Source of the DNA: a virus
Direction: 5' to 3' (one strand)
DNA: 64,000 nt
Virus record (IMG/VR): IMGVR_UViG_3300045391_000819
Span: 1 to 64,000 of that record
In this document: positions 28,527 through 38,092 of the stretch, in pieces
How the letters are laid out: the number at the start of each line of letters is the position of its first letter
Numbering within the stretch: position 1 is the first letter of the stretch
Notes under the pieces: generated by a model
What the model was told of the DNA's origin: nothing
Database searches by the model: none
What the model saw: the letters and a program-made list of their open reading frames with translations, nothing else
Program-made: the position numbers and the translations under genes

Positions 28527-29084
28527 ATGTACGATTCACCAGAGGAAGAATATTTTGCTGAGTGGCTTGCTGAGTTACAGCAACAAGGTTATGTGAAAAG
28601 TTGGGAAAGAGTTACAACCCCAATTCCTTTAACAAGAGGACTAAAGCACAACTATATACAAACCATAATCCTAAAGACTAAGACTAAGACAGTACCAAAA
28701 AGTCAGGTGTTATTGGCATCCTCCGAATATACACCTGACTTCGGTATTGTGTGGGATGATGGAGCTAAGAACATTTTCTTCCAACCTATTTATGATGAAC
28801 AAAAACTTATTTGTCCTTTCTTGGCTGATTTGAAGGACGGGGAGTATTATTCTGTGGTTGAAATCAAACCAGTGTTTGATCGTCATAACATGACTCGTGC
28901 ATTCATAAGTAATCAGAAGTATATATGGGACAAGTATGGATTATATGTTAACCTTATTGTTGTTCCTGATATATTTTTGGAGACGTTCTCACCGATTAGT
29001 TTTTTTAAAACGCCTACAGGATTGGATAAGAAGTTTGCTAAAGGTAGGCCATTAACACTACAACAATTTAATGACAAAATCTGA
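28527..29084 (+). CDS. PD-(D/E)XK endonuclease (possible Holliday-junction resolvase)
   Basis: DS.EE, YTPDF, VEIK. Confidence 0.7.
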   Translation: MYDSPEEEYFAEWLAELQQQGYVKSWERVTTPIPLTRGLKHNYIQTIILKTKTKTVPKSQVLLASSEYTPDFGIVWDDGAKNIFFQPIYDEQKLICPFLADLKDGEYYSVVEIKPVFDRHNMTRAFISNQKYIWDKYGLYVNLIVVPDIFLETFSPISFFKTPTGLDKKFAKGRPLTLQQFNDKI

Positions 29085-29691
29085 CAGCGATATTAAAAAG
29101 ATTACGAGCGTAACATTGAATGAGATTAATTCTCACTTCAGTAATACCAGTACATATTCAACTTTATTCCTGATACCTGCTTTTGATATTGAACTTAATT
29201 CAAAGGTGTTTGAAATGTTTGAGAACGCTTTTGTTGACCATCAGGATTTCATGCACTTATATGAACGACCCTTGTTCTGTTTGTTCAAGGTGGGTGAAAA
29301 AGAAATTAGTAAGTTTCAGGAAATAACTCCATTACTTATAAGTAATCCAAACTTTGTTTATACATATTGTGCAGGACGTACAAATAATTTCTATCTATTC
29401 ATGTATGTATTTGAATGTCCTGAACCATACAAAATTGATTACGATAAATTCTTAGAAGGTAAATACTCCGAGTTTTCGCTTGCACTGAAATCTAAGTTCA
29501 ACAATAAAGTAATGCTTACCAATGGTGTTCAGGATGAATCACCTATATATGGTGCGCTATTTAAAACATCTGATATGAGAAGAAAGATGGAAGCTATTGT
29601 TGGTCAGCGTATTGATGTTAATGGAGAGTTTTGGCCTGCTCCCAAAGACGAATTTGAAATCTTTAATTATACAAAAAATGATACTAACTAA
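29071..29691 (+). CDS. conserved phage hypothetical protein
   Basis: 206 aa, F.EGKYS motif. Confidence 0.75.
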   Translation: MTKSDSDIKKITSVTLNEINSHFSNTSTYSTLFLIPAFDIELNSKVFEMFENAFVDHQDFMHLYERPLFCLFKVGEKEISKFQEITPLLISNPNFVYTYCAGRTNNFYLFMYVFECPEPYKIDYDKFLEGKYSEFSLALKSKFNNKVMLTNGVQDESPIYGALFKTSDMRRKMEAIVGQRIDVNGEFWPAPKDEFEIFNYTKNDTN

Positions 29692-29920
29692 ATTCACAAA
29701 ACAAAAAACTTCAGTTCTTTCGAAGAATCAACCTGATTTGTTACAAACAATCAGCACATTGTTTCCTGAATATTCAGATAATGAAGAACAGCTAGGCAAA
29801 ATAGCAGGTATCATTATTGAATACGTAATCCAGTCCGGTGGAAATGTAGAAATTTTTGGAGAAGACTTGCTTCCAGAACAGGCGGAAGATGAATTCTTTG
29901 AAACGATTTGAATATAGAAT

Positions 29921-29943
29921 CGCCCCTAGAATGGGGCGTTTTT
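29921..29943 (+). terminator. intrinsic terminator
   Basis: CGCCCC/GGGGCG stem plus U tract. Confidence 0.7.
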
Positions 29944-29950
29944 ATTTAAA

Positions 29951-30574
29951 ATGAGTAGTATGAAAAAATACTTTGTAGCGTTTAATCAATGGGCAGTAAA
30001 TCATTTGTATGAAAGATTTGATATAGATAATATACCGCCTCTTGATACTATTATGATATATATCACTGGACGTGAAGATGACCCGTTTGGATATGTAAAT
30101 GTCTATTTTAAAGGTATGTCTTCTGGTGGAGAGTGTAGGTTTCAAACCACTTATGGTATTGCCAATCATCAGTGCTCAACAAGACTCATGATATATGATC
30201 GTGGAGAAGCGGTTGGTAACAAATTCTTTACTGGTCAAGAGCTAACCGAAGAAGAATATTATAAGATAATGCATCCATATCCTAAAGAGGTAGAAGATAT
30301 TGTAGAATTGATGAAAAAGTTTGGTGAGTTCTGGAAAGATGATTGTGATGAGACTCATTTGGATGATGTAAAGATGTATCCTTGCGCCATTGAAATTATG
30401 AATTATTTCAAACCAAAAGATAATGTTAAAGACAATATTAAAGAAACTGTCGAAAGCAAACCCATCAATATTGAAACGGAGTCCTTCGACCAAATTGTTA
30501 AAAAACGCAAAGAAAATGGACAATTTATCAAACCAACCTTCACCCGTAGAAGAGTCAATAGTCCTCTCGGATAA
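29951..30574 (+). CDS. hypothetical protein
   Basis: 207-aa ORF. Confidence 0.7.
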   Translation: MSSMKKYFVAFNQWAVNHLYERFDIDNIPPLDTIMIYITGREDDPFGYVNVYFKGMSSGGECRFQTTYGIANHQCSTRLMIYDRGEAVGNKFFTGQELTEEEYYKIMHPYPKEVEDIVELMKKFGEFWKDDCDETHLDDVKMYPCAIEIMNYFKPKDNVKDNIKETVESKPINIETESFDQIVKKRKENGQFIKPTFTRRRVNSPLG

Positions 30575-31253
30575 AAAGGACAGGAAGATTCTGAGTGAAG
30601 GTAGAAATTATCAGATGGGATTTGCCTTCTGTAAAAAAGAATCGCATGGTAAGTACAGTACGGTTCAGCCTATCAGTGCCTGTAAGGACTACTTAAATGA
30701 TGTAGTCTATTCAGAAATGACAGGTAAACCATGCGCTGCCTATGGTCTTTCAGTAAAGAAAGAAAACATCTATGATGAAGAGGCAGGCTATGCTTATATG
30801 GTTATTAAGATTCTACCATATCAGCGTAGTTCTAATTATCCTAATCAAGAAAAGGATATGCAGAATCTCAAAGAGAATTATAAGCTACTTGAGAAGTTTA
30901 TAAACTATTTTGAGGAGAAGAAGGGACTGCCTCATCTGTCGCAAATCACTGAGATTGATGAAGATAGGTTCTTTATTCGTGTTCCGCTATTCTGGTGTAG
31001 GGCAACGTATCTTACAAGCCTGTATGCTCTGCTATTAAGAGTGGGCCAATTCTGGAAAGGAGACAATTCTCCCCAAGAATATCTGGATAAATTCTCAAAT
31101 GAATTTCAACCGGATAGTTATATGATACCACAAATCAGACCAAAACTTAAGAAGATTCTTACCCAAGAAATTCCTCCTCAAGATTTGGTGAAACTTGGTT
31201 CGAGTGGTAATTATGCTATTCACAATTTTGGTATCTGTGCAGTAAATCTTTAA
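30516..31253 (+). CDS. uncharacterised protein, possibly related to ligase-cluster proteins
   Basis: CKDYLND motif; start moved to MDNLSNQ. Confidence 0.7.
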   Translation: MDNLSNQPSPVEESIVLSDKKDRKILSEGRNYQMGFAFCKKESHGKYSTVQPISACKDYLNDVVYSEMTGKPCAAYGLSVKKENIYDEEAGYAYMVIKILPYQRSSNYPNQEKDMQNLKENYKLLEKFINYFEEKKGLPHLSQITEIDEDRFFIRVPLFWCRATYLTSLYALLLRVGQFWKGDNSPQEYLDKFSNEFQPDSYMIPQIRPKLKKILTQEIPPQDLVKLGSSGNYAIHNFGICAVNL

Positions 31254-31255
31254 AT

Positions 31256-31831
31256 ATGAAAAAGTTTTTAATCGTCCTCTTAGCATTGTCCTTCATGAGT
31301 TTCACTCTCAAAGATTCTTGGGGGAAGAAACCTAGATTCGGTTTAGTGTTCTTTTATAAACCGGAACAATCCTTTGTGGATAGTTTAAAAGCTAAACTCA
31401 AACGTGTTTATGGAATAAATAAAATCGAAATAATCAAAGAAGATTATAAACCTGATTCTATTTATTTTCATGAGGAGTTTTATGATGCTGATACTATGGT
31501 TGACAAACTCTTGGATTTCCTTGATTCAAGACATAATAGAATCCTAGCCTTCACTCATGACGGCCTGTATTACATTGAAGGATATGTGGCTGAACCCTTA
31601 CACGGTTACACTCAAAAGCTTTCAAGTGTTATTACAGACAAAATGATTGGAAATCTAACTCACAATAACGAGTACTATATTAACATAGCACTGCATGAAG
31701 TAGGTCATTTGTATGGTTTAGCCCACTGCGATAATGAAAACTGCCTTATGATTAGTGTGGGTCATCTTCAGAATGATACTTTATGTGCTCGCTGTAAAAG
31801 GTTGTTAGAAACATTTCAAAAATATGAGTAA
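31256..31831 (+). CDS. secreted zinc metalloprotease, archaemetzincin (M54)-like
   Basis: Signal peptide; HEVGHLYGLAHCDNENCLM; C-terminal CARC. Confidence 0.8.
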   Translation: MKKFLIVLLALSFMSFTLKDSWGKKPRFGLVFFYKPEQSFVDSLKAKLKRVYGINKIEIIKEDYKPDSIYFHEEFYDADTMVDKLLDFLDSRHNRILAFTHDGLYYIEGYVAEPLHGYTQKLSSVITDKMIGNLTHNNEYYINIALHEVGHLYGLAHCDNENCLMISVGHLQNDTLCARCKRLLETFQKYE

Positions 31832-31857
31832 CAATATAGTTGTAGGGAGGTATATTT

Positions 31858-32049
31858 ATGAATAGAATAGAAGAACTTGAAGAAGTTATTATACAGGCTA
31901 TAAAAGCTTGGCAGAAACTTCCAGGAGGACAGCGTAACTCTGTTCAAGATACAGAAAAGTGGCTTATAAAAGAAATGGGGCCAGCTATTAATAAGCTAAG
32001 AAAATCAGTAAATGTTAAAATTCCTAAAAGTACTGAGGATTATATATGA
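31858..32049 (+). CDS. hypothetical protein
   Basis: 63-aa ORF. Confidence 0.6.
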   Translation: MNRIEELEEVIIQAIKAWQKLPGGQRNSVQDTEKWLIKEMGPAINKLRKSVNVKIPKSTEDYI

Positions 32050-32255
32050 GTAACTATCCAGAAGAAATAGTAAAGCAAGCTGAAGAGCTTATAGAGGAAC
32101 ACAAAGAATTTGCTGACTGGGATGACCCATTTGCTAATGCTGTAAGAGCAGCAATAGTAAGCTGCAAGTTTGCCAATGACTATCATATAAAGCTTATAGG
32201 GTTAACAAACAAGGATATAAATCAAATAAAAGCATATTTGGAGGGATTGTTATGA
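32046..32255 (+). CDS. hypothetical protein
   Basis: 69-aa ORF, ATGA overlap. Confidence 0.6.
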   Translation: MSNYPEEIVKQAEELIEEHKEFADWDDPFANAVRAAIVSCKFANDYHIKLIGLTNKDINQIKAYLEGLL

Positions 32256-32396
32256 ATAAGCGTGAAAAAATAGGCTATTTAATATATGCTATAGCCTTAG
32301 CCTGCATTCCAATTGGATTCTTTTGGATACCTATTATATATATCCAAATATTTTTATTCATTATTGCAATTTATTTAATTACTGGTTAAACAATAT

Positions 32397-32657
32397 ATGG
32401 GAGGGAGTATGAGTAGAATCTTCAAAAAAGAAATAAAGGCTCTTCTACCTAAAGAGTGGTTTGATTGTACAAGAGCTAATGGTATTGGACTAGCTGAAAA
32501 TTCCTATTCTTTATTCACTCTAACCAATGGAAAGTCGTTTACTCTACTTACTGCCTCTCCAGCAGTTATAAATAAACTATCTAAGAAGTTTAGTATTAAG
32601 TATGAAAAGCATTTTTGGATGCATTATTCTCAATATATAATAACAAGAAAATCATGA
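32397..32657 (+). CDS. hypothetical protein
   Basis: 86-aa ORF. Confidence 0.55.
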   Translation: MGGSMSRIFKKEIKALLPKEWFDCTRANGIGLAENSYSLFTLTNGKSFTLLTASPAVINKLSKKFSIKYEKHFWMHYSQYIITRKS

Positions 32658-32953
32658 GTAAAGAAATAAAAATAGGAGACTTAGTAGAAACTTGCTCCCT
32701 TATGCCCGGAGTAGTGATGAAAATTAATGGTAGAGATATAGAGGCTAGAATGCTTGATATAGATGAATACAAGACTAATGATTATGCTTGTTGTTCTCTT
32801 GACCATTGTGGGATAATAAAACTTACTGCTGAACAAGCTAAACAAAGGCTCATTCTTGGTAAGGAAAAATTAACAGAAATCTGGAGAAGAGAAGGAGAGT
32901 GGGAAACTTTTGAGGATTATCAAAAATTAATTGAGGAAGCTTTAAAATCATGA
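32654..32953 (+). CDS. hypothetical protein (start moved to MSKEIKIG)
   Basis: ATGA overlap; repeated gene-start sequence. Confidence 0.65.
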   Translation: MSKEIKIGDLVETCSLMPGVVMKINGRDIEARMLDIDEYKTNDYACCSLDHCGIIKLTAEQAKQRLILGKEKLTEIWRREGEWETFEDYQKLIEEALKS

Positions 32954-33249
32954 GTAAAGATAAAATACCTACAGCAGAAGAATTTTTAAAAGAAAAAGAC
33001 TTTATAAACTTTACTATCGGTAAGGCTAAAGGAAATGAAAGATGCTCTGATATGATGATAGCATACGCTAAACTCTGTGTAGAAGCAGCTTTAAAGGCAG
33101 TGATAAAGAACACAGGCTTTATTCAAATGCAGGCTGAACATCTTAATTCTGAGGAGTATAGACCTTTCATTACTGCTGAAGATGGTACAATTTGGGTAAT
33201 TGATGAACAGGCTATCAGAAATGCTTATCCTCTTGATAATATAAAATAA
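32950..33249 (+). CDS. hypothetical protein
   Basis: Begins MSKDKIP. Confidence 0.7.
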   Translation: MSKDKIPTAEEFLKEKDFINFTIGKAKGNERCSDMMIAYAKLCVEAALKAVIKNTGFIQMQAEHLNSEEYRPFITAEDGTIWVIDEQAIRNAYPLDNIK

Positions 33250-33255
33250 TTTAAT

Positions 33256-33471
33256 ATGAAAGAATTCACATTCAGAGTTACCCAGCCTCTATCTGGATAC
33301 TATGAGGGCGAAGTAACTGTAAAAGCGTCTTCAGAGAAAGCTGCAAGAAATAAGCTTAATAAAATGACTCAGGAAGAGCTTGAGGAGATATGCACTTCTT
33401 GGGAACAGGGAGATGAAATGAGCGCTGATGGAGATATTGAAATTGATGAACTTAAATCAGAAGAATCATGA
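33256..33471 (+). CDS. small acidic hypothetical protein
   Basis: 71 aa; V.A.SE..A motif. Confidence 0.65.
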   Translation: MKEFTFRVTQPLSGYYEGEVTVKASSEKAARNKLNKMTQEELEEICTSWEQGDEMSADGDIEIDELKSEES

Positions 33472-33734
33472 GTAAAGATAAAATACCTGTAGCTGAGAAA
33501 AAGGCTAAAGGTATTGAAGAAGGCCCGCCTATATGGGTAGAAAGCGTATTGTCCAATGAAGACTGGAAGGATACCTACAAAAAGTATCCTAACACACACA
33601 ATCTCAAGGAGAAGCCCGCCTTCTTTAAAAGTGATTATGAATGGCGTTATCGAATGGGGGCTGGTATTCCTCAAGATCAGATAGACCTTATTACAAAAAG
33701 ATTTGATACGATGCTTAAAATGGTAAATATATGA
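33468..33734 (+). CDS. hypothetical protein
   Basis: Begins MSKDKIP. Confidence 0.65.
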   Translation: MSKDKIPVAEKKAKGIEEGPPIWVESVLSNEDWKDTYKKYPNTHNLKEKPAFFKSDYEWRYRMGAGIPQDQIDLITKRFDTMLKMVNI

Positions 33735-34438
33735 ATGATTCAATTAATACGAAGAAACTGAATCCAGATTGGTTTCATAAAATCTTTGCTGAACGTAGAA
33801 GGGTTGATGGTAAACCTACTGAATATGAAACAGTTAAGGCTAAATCGAGAATGCGTGGAATTTTGGAATATAAGAATGCTATTCAGGACTATCTTTTGAG
33901 TAATGAGGATAAACTTAGTAATCATATCAATCCTACTGTATCTTTTGCCCGTAGAGAAATGATTAGTGAAATGATAGATATTCTGTATAACATTAGTCCT
34001 AATAAACCTGTAAAGATTGATAATCAATTTACACGTCTAACGGATGAATTTGCAGACGGTAATAGGGTAATTTTGATTTATCAAAGATGCGATTGGAATA
34101 ATACTCCAGAACCCGGATGGTATGACAATTATGGGGTTAAGAAATATACTTCTATTCATACCAGTGATTACCATAAGAATATGGATGCCTTAATGCCTGT
34201 GGTTAAATGTGTTAAAGCGGATATTATAATTGCTCAAAGGGAAGCTGAGTTTGATGATAACTATGTCATGCAAAGAAACTATCAGTTCCTTAATGTTTTG
34301 GATTTGTGGGCAGATACAGTATTGGCAATCAAAGGATTAAAGGGTGCGAAACTTGCGCCTGCTTTTGTAGAAAAACCTACATCAAAATTATATTTGTCTT
34401 ATGCAGAATTACAGGAAAGAGCAAAGGCAAATAGATAA
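33731..34438 (+). CDS. hypothetical protein
   Basis: 235 aa. Confidence 0.75.
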   Translation: MNDSINTKKLNPDWFHKIFAERRRVDGKPTEYETVKAKSRMRGILEYKNAIQDYLLSNEDKLSNHINPTVSFARREMISEMIDILYNISPNKPVKIDNQFTRLTDEFADGNRVILIYQRCDWNNTPEPGWYDNYGVKKYTSIHTSDYHKNMDALMPVVKCVKADIIIAQREAEFDDNYVMQRNYQFLNVLDLWADTVLAIKGLKGAKLAPAFVEKPTSKLYLSYAELQERAKANR

Positions 34439-34451
34439 TTTGGATGGCAGC
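34432..34451 (+). promoter_or_regulatory. copy 6 of 20-bp motif
   Basis: TAGATAATTTGGATGGCAGC. Confidence 0.5.
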
Positions 34452-34480
34452 GAAAATAAAAAATAAGTACATTCTATCAT

Positions 34481-34669
34481 ATGAGTATTCAAGAACAAGA
34501 GTTTGAACAATTAAAAACAGCTCTATTAGAAGAAGAAAGACTTGATGACTTCCATGTTGGGTGTCATCCATATCTGTTTAATGAACACGTTTCTTTGCAG
34601 TTTTGCGGATGGGAAATAGTCTTATTACCAGACGGTAAGTATTTTATAAATGATACGACAGGAGGTTAA
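34481..34669 (+). CDS. hypothetical protein
   Basis: 62-aa ORF after motif copy 6. Confidence 0.6.
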   Translation: MSIQEQEFEQLKTALLEEERLDDFHVGCHPYLFNEHVSLQFCGWEIVLLPDGKYFINDTTGG

Positions 34670-35057
34670 AATGAGAGTACGATTAAAAATTAAAGACGGT
34701 AAAATACTGGAAGGTAAAGACCAATTGGGTGCGCTCATCCATTCGCTTGATGGTGAGTATATATTTTCAGCTCTTGATCTTAGTTCACCTAATACGGTTG
34801 AGGAGTGGCGTAAACTCTATTTTGCATTGAGGGATGTGTTACATGAAGCTGTAGAGACTGGTTATACCAAAAAAGAGTTACACGATGTAATCAAAAAGAA
34901 ACTTATTTATGATATGATGATGCAAACTACTGTTCGTTTAACAGATTGGTTTACTGATGCTGAATACTCAACTAAGGCACTCACAGAAGCAGGATGGGTA
35001 GAATATATGAAACGATTCAGAGAATTTGCAATGGACACATTTGAAATCTATTTATAG
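34650..35057 (+). CDS. NinB/Orf-like recombination accessory protein
   Basis: GYTKKELH...STKAL....W.EYM..F..FA pattern. Confidence 0.5.
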   Translation: MIRQEVKMRVRLKIKDGKILEGKDQLGALIHSLDGEYIFSALDLSSPNTVEEWRKLYFALRDVLHEAVETGYTKKELHDVIKKKLIYDMMMQTTVRLTDWFTDAEYSTKALTEAGWVEYMKRFREFAMDTFEIYL

Positions 35058-35132
35058 GACTTACGCAGTCAGAGGTGCGGCTCTTATGTGAAAGCATAAG
35101 GTCAAGCGTCGGTTCGAACCCGACTAAGCCCA
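35057..35132 (+). ncRNA. tRNA-like element lacking a canonical anticodon loop
   Basis: Perfect T arm GTCGG-TTCGAAC-CCGAC, 6/7-bp acceptor stem, D-like arm with GG; third arm closed by GAAA. Confidence 0.65.
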
Positions 35133-35146
35133 CTAAAATTTATAAT

Positions 35147-35578
35147 ATGAGAGGTTATCATGTTCTAAATCTATTAAGAGACATATACTTATTGCCTCTT
35201 CTGTTTGTTCGCAGATTGCTGAACTTTCTGTTGAGTGATTTGGCTGATACATTCTATTACAGGAAATCTGATATTAAAAGGCAGCCGTTTGTATTTGCAT
35301 CTCTCGGTTGGCTATTCGTCTACATAGGGTTATGTATGCTAAGTCCCATCTCTTTGCTCTTTACAAGCATTGATTGGGACTTAAGTTTTTTTACATTGAG
35401 TCTTATGTATGGAATTATATTTTGGGTGTTTGTTTTGATGATTGGTATTGATGTTGGAATATGCTTTCTGAAAAGATTAACAAAAAGGATTTGGAAATAT
35501 GTAAAATCTGTCTTAGGTTTGCAGTCTGAACAAGAGACAGATGACTACAATAAATCAGCCAAAATATGTCGTTTATGA
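35147..35578 (+). CDS. membrane protein (start moved to MRGYHVL)
   Basis: Several hydrophobic helices; track start lies inside the tRNA-like element. Confidence 0.65.
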   Translation: MRGYHVLNLLRDIYLLPLLFVRRLLNFLLSDLADTFYYRKSDIKRQPFVFASLGWLFVYIGLCMLSPISLLFTSIDWDLSFFTLSLMYGIIFWVFVLMIGIDVGICFLKRLTKRIWKYVKSVLGLQSEQETDDYNKSAKICRL

Positions 35579-37535
35579 CCTCGAAACTTTAAAACACTTA
35601 TCGACTGGCTGCTTCTATGATCTCACAACTAAGAAGAAAAAAGAGTTCGTAATATACGATGACCCTGAACAGTTAAAAGCCTTTCTTCTATTTCTCAAAG
35701 CTCTTAATAAGAATGATTATATCCTTGTAGGATTTAATAATCTTGGATTCGATAGCCAGATTCTTGAATATATGATAGGGGAAAGTGAGAAGTGGTTAGT
35801 GTGTGGATTCGATGCACAAACCATTGTCTCTCTTATCCATGAGAAAGCACAGCATATAATTTCTCTACAGAATAGTACTGAAAAGTTTCTACATCTGGTT
35901 CCAGAGTGGAAAATGACTATCCCTCAGATAGACTTATTCAGACAAAAGCATTACGATGGTAAGGCAAAGCAAGGAACGTCTCTGAAATGGATTCAGTTCA
36001 CAATGCGTTATCCTACTGTTGAGGAAATGCCAATCCATCATGAGGATGATATATCTAAAGAGGACATTCCAAACATATTAAAGTATAACTGGAATGACGT
36101 AGATTCTACGGCAACATTCTTTGAAAAGAATAAATTTGAGACAGAGATACGTCACTACCTAAGTGAAAAGTATAATGTAAATCTCATAAATGCTTCAGAG
36201 CCAAGAATTGCCAAGCTATTGTTTGGTAAGTTCCTGAGTGATGAAATGGATATATCCTTCAACGATCTGAAGCAGATGCGTACCTTTAGAAAGACAGTAG
36301 CTCTAAAGGATATAGTATTACCTTACACTAAATTCCAAACTCCTGAATTAAATGCGGTACTTGATGCTGTTAATCAGGCAGTTGTAAATCCTAATTTAAA
36401 TGCGAAAGAGAATACCAAATTTGATATTAATTTTGATTTCGGTGGTATTGATACTTATGTTGGTTTGGGTGGCATTCATGGATGTTGTAGTTCGGGAGTC
36501 TATGAAAACACGAGCAATAATATTATTCATGATATTGATGTCGTATCTTATTATCCTAATTTGGCGATACAAAATGGACTCAGACCAAGACACTTAGGAG
36601 AAGCTTTCAATAGGGTCTATAAGATGATATTTGATGAACGTCAAAAAATTCCTAAATCTGATCCTGTTAACTATGTCTACAAAATTATTCTTAATTCCAC
36701 CTACGGATTATCCAAAGAAATCAACTCGTATCTATACGACCCTTTGTTTACTTATAGTATTACAATTAATGGCCAACTTAGTCTCCTCATGTTGATTGAG
36801 AAGTTGGTATTAGAAGTACCTGACATTAAAATATATCAGGAGAATACTGATGGTGTGACCCTAGGATATGACCCACAATATAAACCTCTTGTGAGTAAGA
36901 TATGTGACTGGTGGTGTCAGCTAACAAAGTTAGAGCTTGAACACGGCTTCTATAAGAAACTGATAATCAGAGATGTAAATAATTATATAGGTGTAAAGGA
37001 TGACTTTGATTGGGACGAATATCAAACATATGTTAAGAAAGGTGAAAGAAAGAAATATTCTAAAATTAAGCACAAAGGAGCATTCGAGTTGGAAATTGAT
37101 TTTCATAAGAATCCTTCTAACCTTATTGTTCCTCTAGCAGCAGAAGCCTACCTTGTAGGAGGTAAGGATTACAGAGAGTTTATTTTTGAGCATGACGATA
37201 TATATGATTTCTTGGCTGGTGTGAAAAAGAAATCAGATTTTAATCTTGTATTACATACATTAAACGATGGAAAATATTCTCAGGAAAATTTACCGAAGGT
37301 CACTCGCTATTATGTATCAAAAAACGGTGGACATTTGCGTAAAGAATTTCATTCAGGTAAAAAGGCTGGAGGTAATGTGGGTGTGAATGTTGAGTGGAAA
37401 ATAACGCCATTAAATGTTGTAAAAGAAACAAGAGCGAGTCGTTATCCACAATTAAATCACACATTCTATATAAAGGAAACCGAAAAATTAATATTTAGCA
37501 TTGAAAATGATGCTAATCAATTAAAATTGTTTTAA
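35541..37535 (+). CDS. family B DNA polymerase (crAss-like type)
   Basis: Exo YDLET, FNN..FD; pol DVVSYYPNL, KIILNSTYG, NTDGV, RDVNNY. Confidence 0.92.
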   Translation: MTTINQPKYVVYDLETLKHLSTGCFYDLTTKKKKEFVIYDDPEQLKAFLLFLKALNKNDYILVGFNNLGFDSQILEYMIGESEKWLVCGFDAQTIVSLIHEKAQHIISLQNSTEKFLHLVPEWKMTIPQIDLFRQKHYDGKAKQGTSLKWIQFTMRYPTVEEMPIHHEDDISKEDIPNILKYNWNDVDSTATFFEKNKFETEIRHYLSEKYNVNLINASEPRIAKLLFGKFLSDEMDISFNDLKQMRTFRKTVALKDIVLPYTKFQTPELNAVLDAVNQAVVNPNLNAKENTKFDINFDFGGIDTYVGLGGIHGCCSSGVYENTSNNIIHDIDVVSYYPNLAIQNGLRPRHLGEAFNRVYKMIFDERQKIPKSDPVNYVYKIILNSTYGLSKEINSYLYDPLFTYSITINGQLSLLMLIEKLVLEVPDIKIYQENTDGVTLGYDPQYKPLVSKICDWWCQLTKLELEHGFYKKLIIRDVNNYIGVKDDFDWDEYQTYVKKGERKKYSKIKHKGAFELEIDFHKNPSNLIVPLAAEAYLVGGKDYREFIFEHDDIYDFLAGVKKKSDFNLVLHTLNDGKYSQENLPKVTRYYVSKNGGHLRKEFHSGKKAGGNVGVNVEWKITPLNVVKETRASRYPQLNHTFYIKETEKLIFSIENDANQLKLF

Positions 37536-37537
37536 TT

Positions 37538-38092
37538 ATGATTATTGATGTTTATAACGAATTATTTGCAAATGTAAAACTTGCAATTCAAAACCTAGCA
37601 AAAAGTAATGGAGGAATTATAACTCTTTGGAACGAAGGAGATTTTTCACCTGAAAATGATCCTAATTGGCCTACTTTTATTTCTCATGGTATGTTACATC
37701 ATGTAGTAAATTTTGCATGGCAGAATGGAACTCAAACTGTTGCTATAGGAGGTATTCATTTTCAAAGTCTTCATACACAAACAATGTCTTTAAACGATTT
37801 TGCATTTAAAACTGTATGTAAAATAGCTGATCTTTCTGGTATATCCATTGAAGATGTTGTTAATGCTCCAGAAATTGCAGCAGAAGATGAGCTGGATGAA
37901 ATTGATTTTGGTCTTGGTATAGACCCTCCACAACCAGTAAATGTTACACCCCCTCCTATAGGGCATATAGCTCCTGATGGAACGATGTATGGTAACACGT
38001 ATACTACAGGCCAAATGGGAACTATTGGAACAGCTGGAGAGAAAGGATATTTTTATACAGTAGATAAACCATATACCCAGAACTGGAAATAA
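37538..38092 (+). CDS. hypothetical protein
   Basis: 184 aa. Confidence 0.7.
   Translation: MIIDVYNELFANVKLAIQNLAKSNGGIITLWNEGDFSPENDPNWPTFISHGMLHHVVNFAWQNGTQTVAIGGIHFQSLHTQTMSLNDFAFKTVCKIADLSGISIEDVVNAPEIAAEDELDEIDFGLGIDPPQPVNVTPPPIGHIAPDGTMYGNTYTTGQMGTIGTAGEKGYFYTVDKPYTQNWK

Larger units (their letters stand above)
32946..33488 (+). repeat. 25-bp direct repeat AATCATGAGTAAAGATAAAATACCT at 32946-32970 and 33464-33488 (15-bp partial copy at 32650-32664)
   Basis: Exact sequence identity spanning the start codons. Confidence 0.9.
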
